DNA of 63,923 bases, the filler included, from a candidate division TA06 bacterium SM23_40 (GTDB lineage Bacteria; LJUI01; SM1-40): assembly GCA_001303705.1 (NCBI GenBank). It is 4 parts of 4 records of this genome, joined end to end, with 100 filler letters (N's around TTAATTAATTAA, not from the genome) between each part and the next. Parts side by side here need not be neighbours in the genome. Positions count along the whole stretch, not along the records: positions 33,073 to 58,595 come from LJUI01000020.1; positions 58,696 to 63,923 come from LJUI01000168.1; 2 more parts are not named here. One strand, written 5' to 3'. A program made the translations under genes and the position numbers. Each line of letters begins with the position of its first letter. Positions within the stretch are counted from its first letter, which is position 1. Shown one piece after another: positions 56,887 to 63,923 of this stretch. The notes below the pieces were generated by a model. It did not search any database. It was not told the origin of the DNA and saw only the letters and a list, made by a program, of their open reading frames with translations.

Positions 56887-58595
56887 ATGAGGCCACAACG
56901 TGCCGCTCCGGGTAACAGGATGATGGGCATGGGCCTTGCGGTCATGGGTTCTGCGGCCATGGGGTTCGCGGCGGCGGGTGTCGCGAGCCTGAGCGCCGGG
57001 ATCATCGGCCTTTTGGTGGTGGCGGCCGCACCCCCGGTGGCAGCGTCCCCGGCAGTCCCGCTCGCCGCTATCGCGGCAGCACCAGGTACGCCGGCGGAAG
57101 GGACCGTCCTCGGAAGGGCTTGGCCATACGGAACATGGAGGGAATGGTCGGAGGCTGTACCCGGCCTGGTTGAATCCCAGGAGGTGGTCAGCCATCCTCC
57201 CTGTCAGCGGGGAGAGCGGGCCTTGCCGCGCTCTTCGCTGCGCCGCGGTATCCGGGCCGAAGGTGAGATCGCCCTCTCATACCTGGATCCTGATGCAATT
57301 CCGTACCATGTGAGGATTTCAGATGAGGGGGAGCGGGTGTGGGTGGGCCAGGGGCTGAACTACGCGCGTCCGCAGCTGTTCATCCCCGGGGACACGCTGC
57401 CCGAATGGGAGTTCGCAGTGAGCATCGGCATCTGGGAGGCGGAGGTCAGCGTTGCAACCCCGTCCGATGGGAGCATGCTCGCGGCACTCGCCCAGGACCG
57501 CGCCCAGCTGCTCGTCTTCGATCCTTCCTCGTCCCTGCCGGCCTTTCCCGTGCTTACGTTCGATCTCGGGCCGGGGGAGCGGGGCACGGCGCTCGGGGTG
57601 TCGAGGGACGGCTCAACCCTCGTGGTGGGGGCTAATGCCCCTGGCGACGCGGTGAGGCTCTATGTCTTCGACGCGCTCGTCTCGCCGCCCGAGACACTAT
57701 GGACAGTAACTGTACCCGTGGCCCAGTGGGACTACATCGCCGGGGTGGACCTCACCGATGACGGATCACGCATTCTCATCTCTACGTACTATGACTGGTA
57801 CATGGTCGATCGAGATTCACGGACGCTGCTTCAACAGACGGCGAACTTCGGACAGACTGTCGCGGGAGTATCAGGAGATGGCTCCCGTCTGGTGACGGGC
57901 GGCTTCGATGGCGAGGTCGTTGCGTGGGAGTGGGATCCCGGATCTGCAGCGTATGAGCGGTTGTGGACACACTGGGTCGGCGAGGATACGTGGGTGACGG
58001 CGGTGGCGATCTCGCGGGACGGTTCGACCATCCTCGCCGGGACGTACGACTACGGGAACCCGTTCTTCTGCCAGACGCTCCTGTTCGCAGCTGAGCAGAG
58101 CACTCCGCTCTGGTCGTTCTCGGAGTATGGCGGCCAGATTTCAGAGGTGGCGCTCAGCGGTGATGGCTCGCGCGCAGTTGCCGGGTCATGGGGGGACGTG
58201 GAGAACCTCCTGTGGGATCTGACCATCTTTTCGCGGGAGACAGCCCAGCCGCTGTCCGCTCTCAGTTCCCCGGGCTCATTCTACTCGGTCGATATCTCCG
58301 AGGACGGTGGTGTGGTCGTGGCCGGGGCCAAGCTCGTGCACGCCGGCATCCTGGGACGGGGGGGAACGGTGTACAAGATTGTACTTGACTCGGGAGCGGA
58401 ACCAGGCAAGGGGCCGCCCTCTGAGCACCACCGTGCGATCGAGACTGCGGTCTTTCCCAATCCGTGCCGCGGCGCGGCGGAGATAGCGTGGAGGGTTGCC
58501 CCGGCAGCTCGGGCCGATGCTTCAGTCGGCGAGGAATCGCGAGGAGCTTCGATCCACATCTACAACGTACTGGGTGAGGCGGTACGGCGTCTTCA
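56887..58595 (+). CDS. WD40/PQQ-like beta-propeller protein with start of a T9SS-like CTD (3' truncated; start uncertain)
   Basis: Repeats VSRDGS, LTDDGS, VSGDGS, ISRDGS, LSGDGS, ISEDGG; VFPNP...IHIYNVLGEAVRRL at contig end. Confidence 0.82.
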
Positions 58596-58695
58596 NNNNN
58601 NNNNNNNNNNNNNNNNNNNNNNNNNNNNNNNNNNNNNNNTTAATTAATTAANNNNNNNNNNNNNNNNNNNNNNNNNNNNNNNNNNNNNNNNNNNN
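58596..58695. other. Artificial contig linker
   Basis: N44-TTAATTAATTAA-N44. Confidence 0.98.
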
Positions 58696-58742
58696 ATCGT
58701 CGCCTCCTCGTTCTTCACAGTCGTGACGACCGACACTCTCAT
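58696..58742 (-). CDS. GT2 glycosyltransferase, first 15 codons only
   Basis: MRVSVVTTVKNEEAT; ATGA overlap with the GT4 stop. Confidence 0.7.
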
Positions 58743-59842
58743 CGCACCGAATCTCCCCCGGGCAGACACGGCGGCTTGTGCAGTCGTCCCCTACCGGCGT
58801 ACAGATCGAGGTACATGTCGGCCAACCGCTCCCACGAATGCTCCCCCGCGAACGCGTGAGCTCGCTCGATCATCGGACCCGTGTCGATCTCCCCGCGACA
58901 GCAGGCCGCTACAGACTCGGCCAGTCCCGTCCCTCCGGAGGCGACGAACATCATGCGATGAGCATCGGGCATGAGCAGAAGATAGTCACGCTTGAGTGGA
59001 TTCTGATAGACGGCGAAGACCGGCCTCCGCCATGCCATCGCCTCGAGTATGGCCAGGTAACTCGACGCGAAAGCGAACCTCGTCTCAGCAAGATGCCGTT
59101 CGGGGTCACGCACGAATCCGTGGAACGATATGTCGAGATCGTGGCGAGCGGCGGCATCTGCAATGGTGCGCCGCAGTGGACCGTCCCCGCAGATATCGAG
59201 CTTCAGCCGGAGCCCGTGCTCACGGCCAAGGCGGACCAACGCATCGACATAGAGGGGGAGCCCGGTATCGGGCGCCAGCCTGCCCACGAACAGTGCCCGG
59301 TTTGCATCGGGCGGACGCGGCACCTCTGCGGGCACCTCCACACCGCCATATGAGATATACGTATATCGCGTTCGGTACCAGGCGGGTATGAACTTGCCGA
59401 TCGAGATGTTGCCCCGCGTCAGATAGGTGTCGATCCTTCTCATCAGTACGTCCTTCTGCCAGAGAGGATAGCTCTCCTCGAAACCATGAAACGTGAGATA
59501 GACCGGCTTGCGGGGATACCGAAACAGGAGGGGGAAGTACCAGTAATTGAATGTGAAGAAGTCGTGGCAGTGGACAACATCGGCCCAGCGCACCAGATGA
59601 CGCTGAGACAGGAGCCAGCGCGCCACACCCCTGCGCTCCCAGCGATCGAGGCGCTGTTTCGGATAGCGATGTATCTCGATTCCGCCATGTTCGGCGTGGA
59701 CGGGAAGGTCATGATCGTGACGTACCGTTATCACCTTCAGACGGTGCCCTCGACTGACGAGTATCCGTCCTACCTGCTCGACATGCTTTTCCACTCCACC
59801 CACGTGGGGCCAGAAGAGCCATGCCAGCATGAGTATGTTCAT
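58739..59842 (-). CDS. GT4 family glycosyltransferase
   Basis: FWPHVGGVEKHV, DVVHCH, LFVGRL, ICGDGPLR, AILEAMA, HSWER. Confidence 0.92.
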   Translation of the reverse strand: MNILMLAWLFWPHVGGVEKHVEQVGRILVSRGHRLKVITVRHDHDLPVHAEHGGIEIHRYPKQRLDRWERRGVARWLLSQRHLVRWADVVHCHDFFTFNYWYFPLLFRYPRKPVYLTFHGFEESYPLWQKDVLMRRIDTYLTRGNISIGKFIPAWYRTRYTYISYGGVEVPAEVPRPPDANRALFVGRLAPDTGLPLYVDALVRLGREHGLRLKLDICGDGPLRRTIADAAARHDLDISFHGFVRDPERHLAETRFAFASSYLAILEAMAWRRPVFAVYQNPLKRDYLLLMPDAHRMMFVASGGTGLAESVAACCRGEIDTGPMIERAHAFAGEHSWERLADMYLDLYAGRGRLHKPPCLPGGDSVR

Positions 59843-59858
59843 GTAAGAGACGCTCCTG

Positions 59859-60644
59859 CTACCGGCGACACTCCCCCCGTGCGGGCTCAAACTGCCCGAA
59901 CCTCCAAATGTTGTTTCGATGCAGAATGAACTTCGCCAGCGTCTTGAGGATACGCAGACCGTACAGCACGCTTCGATTGAACCCTATCGATGACGCCTCC
60001 TCGAAGTAGCGAGTCTCGATGGCGATCTCGCGGATCTTCATGCCATTGGCGATCCCTTGGGCGATGATCTCCGTATCGAAGACGAAACCGTCCGAGTTGA
60101 GGTCAAACCGCACCGCCTCCAGATACCGGCGCGAAAACGCCCTGAATCCCGAGTGGTACTCGGTGAGGTAGACGAGAAAGACCGCGTTCTCGATGGCCGA
60201 GAGAAAGACGTTGCCAAGATACTTCCACGTGGGCATGCGTCCGTCGAGCGGTCTGCCCCCCAGCATGCGGGAACCGAAGACCGCATCGCATTCATCCCGC
60301 AGCAGCGGTTCGAGGAGATCCGGGATCACCTTGGGATCGTACTGATGATCAGGATGCACCATCACCACGACATCGGCTCCCCTCTCGAGCGCCCTGGCGT
60401 AGCACGTCTTCTGATTCGCACCGTAGCCCCGATTCCGTTCGTGGGCATAGACGACGAGGCCTAGTTCACGTGCCACCTCGAGCGTACGATCCTGACTGGC
60501 ATCATCGACGAGAATGATCTCATCGACTGCATCCTTGGGAATGTCGCGGTACGTACGCCGCAGCGTCCGCTCGGCGTTATAGGCCGGCATGATGACGACC
60601 ACATGCTTGCGGGAACTCGAGTTCTCTCGGCCCAATCTCTCCAT
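59859..60644 (-). CDS. GT2 polyprenol-phosphate glycosyltransferase (DPM1-like)
   Basis: MPAYNAE, LVDDASQD, NRGYGANQK, HPDHQY, GSR, EYHSGFRA, FVFDTE. Confidence 0.92.
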   Translation of the reverse strand: MERLGRENSSSRKHVVVIMPAYNAERTLRRTYRDIPKDAVDEIILVDDASQDRTLEVARELGLVVYAHERNRGYGANQKTCYARALERGADVVVMVHPDHQYDPKVIPDLLEPLLRDECDAVFGSRMLGGRPLDGRMPTWKYLGNVFLSAIENAVFLVYLTEYHSGFRAFSRRYLEAVRFDLNSDGFVFDTEIIAQGIANGMKIREIAIETRYFEEASSIGFNRSVLYGLRILKTLAKFILHRNNIWRFGQFEPARGECRR

Positions 60645-60703
60645 CGTCTATCTATCCGTTATGTCCCAGGGGCACCGGCTCTCCTTCTGTCAGGACCGGT
60701 GCT

Positions 60704-62362
60704 TCACTCTTCCCGATGAATCTCGTACAGCACGAGAGAGAATCGGTCCCCAGAGAAAATTTCACGCCTCCGATAACGTTCCTCGAGCCAGTCGAGGATC
60801 ATTCCCAGCGGATCTATGATGCTATGCGATTCACGAGCCAGGCGCGTTTCGCTCAGCGCATAGAGAAACCAGACCTGCGAGGAACGCTCGAGGAGTACCT
60901 CCAGACTCCCGATGGCCACTGTCTCCACGCTGTCCGCCCAGTGGACGAATCGATCCCTTCTTCCCACCACAGATGAGTACTCAGCCAAGGTGAGGCCCGG
61001 AGCGAGCTCACGTGAGGCCCAGGGGAAGTCGACCCCCAGGGCATGCCAGCCCTCCGGCAGCGGCTCGGCTGCATACCAGTCGAGAAGGGCGTACTCCTTC
61101 GCACGCAGACAGACGAGCGCATCTCCAGCATCCCGGTTCTCTACGACCCGGCGAGCGACCTGGCGGTAGTCTGCGTGTGGCATTCCTCGGTACAACTTGG
61201 CAAGCCCCGGCAGAGTGAGTCCAAGACAGAGAAGGACGAGGATACCGACCGCACACCCGCCTGCCCACCGGCCGAGACGACGCCCCACTGCCTCAGCGAC
61301 TCCGACCATCCCCGAAGCCAACACCAGCAGATAGCCAGGCAGCACAAGAGCAAAGTAGCGAGCCGGTGGCTGGAGGGGAACTCTGGGCGATAGCGCAACG
61401 AGAAAGAGAGCCGGCACCACGGTCGCGCTCGCGAGCAATACTCCCAGGGATGCGTGCGTTCTCAGGAGCCGCACAAGGCCCCAGAGTGCGAGGACCAGAA
61501 ATATCGCGATGCTCAGGCCGCCCAACGCTCTGCCCGGGAGGCGCTCCCCGAAGGAGAGGAGGCTGACGAGCCTGATGGCGGTGCTCGCCAGCCAGATCGG
61601 AGTTGAAGGCGTCTGCTGACCGAACCGGACAAGCTCCTGGATGCGCATGTACGAGCTGAGACCGCCGAGATGTTTCAGCAGCCGTCCTGCCCAGGGAAGG
61701 AACGCTAACAGGATCGCACAATGCACGACGAGAAGTCTCAGCCACGCCAGCCCGCCGGAGCGCTTCTCGCGATCGAGCAACAGACATGCTCCTCCACCGA
61801 TTACCAGGGCCAGTATGACAATGCCACCTAGATAGTGGGTGTACAGGAGCAGCACCCCGCAAAGTCCATACCAGACCCACCACTGCCATCGCCGATCGGC
61901 GAGCGCCCTGGCCAGCAGGAGAAGGGCGAGCAGAGCGAGGAATCCGAGCAGCGAGTACATCCGGACGAGCTGGGACACGTGCACACTGAGATACGACCAG
62001 GCGAGAAGCCATGACGCCAGGACTCCCTCCCACGTGGCGCCCAGCACCCGGCTGGCCACGATCATGAGGAGAACGGTGGCAACCCCGAAGACCACTGACA
62101 CGCCCCTCGCTGTCCCCTCGGAGAGACCGAAGATGCCGCCCGCCGCCTTCAGGATTGCATAGTACAGCGGCGGATGGGGGTGCTCCACGATCGGGCGGGT
62201 CACGAGGTACGAAGCCGGCGCCTGTGCCAAAATCACCGAGAATGCCTCGTCCCCCCAGAGTGAGGCGTGGAACAGGGCCTGCGTGCGAAAACCGACTGCA
62301 GTGAGGACAGCGAGCACCGCGGCTACGCAGACCGGCCATCTGTACGGCGTACCGGTACCCAT
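60704..62362 (-). CDS. GT-C fold membrane glycosyltransferase (GT39/ArnT-like)
   Basis: SLWGDEAFS, HPPLYY, SQLVRMYSL, LYTHY, RYF; multi-TM. Confidence 0.88.
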   Translation of the reverse strand: MGTGTPYRWPVCVAAVLAVLTAVGFRTQALFHASLWGDEAFSVILAQAPASYLVTRPIVEHPHPPLYYAILKAAGGIFGLSEGTARGVSVVFGVATVLLMIVASRVLGATWEGVLASWLLAWSYLSVHVSQLVRMYSLLGFLALLALLLLARALADRRWQWWVWYGLCGVLLLYTHYLGGIVILALVIGGGACLLLDREKRSGGLAWLRLLVVHCAILLAFLPWAGRLLKHLGGLSSYMRIQELVRFGQQTPSTPIWLASTAIRLVSLLSFGERLPGRALGGLSIAIFLVLALWGLVRLLRTHASLGVLLASATVVPALFLVALSPRVPLQPPARYFALVLPGYLLVLASGMVGVAEAVGRRLGRWAGGCAVGILVLLCLGLTLPGLAKLYRGMPHADYRQVARRVVENRDAGDALVCLRAKEYALLDWYAAEPLPEGWHALGVDFPWASRELAPGLTLAEYSSVVGRRDRFVHWADSVETVAIGSLEVLLERSSQVWFLYALSETRLARESHSIIDPLGMILDWLEERYRRREIFSGDRFSLVLYEIHREE

Positions 62363-62419
62363 CTCTCCCTTCTCCTCAGCCTTCCCACAGACCGGCCTCT
62401 CCGGCTGCGGCCCCATCGG

Positions 62420-63199
62420 TCAGGACGCCTCCCCCTCCACGTAGTCCCAGAGCTGCAGATACCTCTCCCTCGGGGCCGCGAAGAACGCCTCAGCATACTC
62501 GCACTCCCGGGGAGCGTGCAGTGTCCGATATGCGTTGAGACCCTTCACCAACCGGATATACTCGATGTTTTTCGTCTGTGTCCGATGCTCTCCGATTGCT
62601 TCGCACTTCACCGCCATCTCGTCCGTGATGTCGACGATACGGTTCGGGATGAGCGGGGTCCACGCCTCGTAGGCCAATATCGCCGGGACGTCCGCCCCAT
62701 CGCGGCAGGCGGCGACGAACAGGGCGTTGGCAGCGCGGTGGTCAGGATGGTAGTCGAGCATGAATGGAAGGTAGACAATGTCGGGCCTCCCGTCCTTCAG
62801 CATCCCCACCAGCTTCTGTACCAGTCCCGCGGTGACGCGAAGCCGAAGATCGGGCTCGCCCAGAAAGACGAGCTCGTCGATGCCGATTATGCGGGCAGCC
62901 CGCTCGGCCTCGGCCTTGCGCTCCCTGACCAGATCCTCTTCGTCGCCCCATGATGGATCCCCCTTTCTCCCATCCGTGAGGTAGAACGATGTGATGTGAT
63001 CGCCGGCCCGATGATGCTTGACCAACGTTCCTCCACATGCGATCACATCATCATCCGGATGAGGAGACAGCACAATCACCCGCCTCGCCTCGGGTTTCTC
63101 AATCAGGCGCGGGTACAGCGCCTCGTCCCCGGCCTTCACGAGAGCGCGAACGTGCCGAAATACATCCTTTGGCAAACGCCGGCCGGCAAGAGATCCCAT
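62420..63199 (-). CDS. PIG-L/LmbE family de-N-acetylase
   Basis: SPHPDDDVIACGG, LTDG, RKAEA, HPDH, VDITD, AEAF. Confidence 0.92.
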   Translation of the reverse strand: MGSLAGRRLPKDVFRHVRALVKAGDEALYPRLIEKPEARRVIVLSPHPDDDVIACGGTLVKHHRAGDHITSFYLTDGRKGDPSWGDEEDLVRERKAEAERAARIIGIDELVFLGEPDLRLRVTAGLVQKLVGMLKDGRPDIVYLPFMLDYHPDHRAANALFVAACRDGADVPAILAYEAWTPLIPNRIVDITDEMAVKCEAIGEHRTQTKNIEYIRLVKGLNAYRTLHAPRECEYAEAFFAAPRERYLQLWDYVEGEAS

Positions 63200-63221
63200 C
63201 GTGCTCCACACCTATCAGCAG

Positions 63222-63923
63222 CTACAATTCATCGGTATCGCAGAGCGTGATGTACCAGTTCTTCAGATCGAGAAAGAACTCTGTCGGCGTCTTCCCCTTG
63301 AGCACGCGGAACGTCAGTATGTCTTGAGACGGTTTGGCTCGGAATCCGAATCGCTCGAGTACGCTGCAGAACGGATACTGATCGAGCATCCAGCACTCCA
63401 CAAAATCGACTCTATCCCGGACCGCCTGATCGATAGCCGCTCGACAGAGTGCAACTCCGACCTCGATGTCGTCTGCGGGGAGAAGATCCATGATTACCCC
63501 GGCCCTGACCTGCCCATACTTCAACGTGCGGTATGACATGTAGCCCCGCAGTGCATCGCCCTCGAAGGCTGCCCACACGTGATAGACCTGGCCGGGTCTG
63601 CAATAGCGCCAGTTCAGATATGCTCGATCCCTCACTATGGCGATGGGGAAGCTCCGCGAAGCCCGTTCCCAGAGATCATCCGCGCGCTCGTCAAACGAGG
63701 TTACCGGCACGACGCTGATCTGTCGAGCGCCGCGGGGGTCGAAGATGAGGTGCTTGACTCGAAAGCCGGCGTTGGTCATCCCATGGATGATACAGAGCAG
63801 CCATCTCGCCTTGACGAATCTCGCCGCGAAGGGCCTGAGGCTCAACCGTTTCATGAGACGGGGGATCTCGCCCGCAGTCTCGTACTTGAGAAAGCGCTTA
63901 CCCATCCGGAGATGCTCGGGATT
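63222..63923 (-). CDS. GNAT-like acetyltransferase, C-terminal part (open to window end)
   Basis: IVRDRAYLNWRY, GVIMDL, GF..., WYITLCDTD, typical of GNAT proteins in polysaccharide loci. Confidence 0.7.
   Translation of the reverse strand, partial: NPEHLRMGKRFLKYETAGEIPRLMKRLSLRPFAARFVKARWLLCIIHGMTNAGFRVKHLIFDPRGARQISVVPVTSFDERADDLWERASRSFPIAIVRDRAYLNWRYCRPGQVYHVWAAFEGDALRGYMSYRTLKYGQVRAGVIMDLLPADDIEVGVALCRAAIDQAVRDRVDFVECWMLDQYPFCSVLERFGFRAKPSQDILTFRVLKGKTPTEFFLDLKNWYITLCDTDEL

Overview
A GC-rich (roughly 60-65% by eye) bacterial draft genome or MAG window. It is four contigs joined by artificial 100-nt N/TTAATTAATTAA linkers (25144-25243, 32973-33072, 58596-58695), so adjacency across the linkers is not biological. 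The oxidative-stress genes, TonB receptor and many FlgD-Ig/T9SS-like C-termini suggest an anaerobic diderm of the FCB-related candidate phyla (inference). Contig 1: recD2 5' end, two tandem exported beta-propeller paralogues, an ArsR-ABC exporter unit, DUF72, MFS, a PerR/Fur-led oxidative-stress cluster (rbr, tpx, dfx, ftnA, copZ, fprA, flavin reductase-rubredoxin, DUF1122, nitroreductase, glutaredoxin, ferredoxin disulfide reductase), HtrA, a beta-helix protein, a stand-alone LigD phosphoesterase, and a Cys-rich RHH regulator leading znuACB. Contig 2: an exported UPGC selenoprotein redoxin with a candidate bSECIS (split in the ORF track), and two beta-helix/cadherin-repeat/FlgD-CTD proteins. 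Contig 3: accessory genes and pseudogenes, mgtA, MFS, and a cobalamin riboswitch with btuF-btuC-btuD-btuB followed by a CTD-bearing beta-propeller. Contig 4: a surface-glycosylation cluster. Best leads: (1) the hidden exported selenoprotein; (2) a shared ~110-aa C-terminal domain on four exported proteins that alternates with the T9SS-like CTD; (3) a non-Zur RHH zinc-uptake regulator with a candidate operator; (4) long leaders with orphan STAB-SD-like Shine-Dalgarno motifs; (5) eight mutually unrelated, degenerate intergenic minisatellites. No CRISPR, transposase, integrase, reverse transcriptase, rRNA or tRNA was recognised. All family calls are by motif recognition, without database searches.
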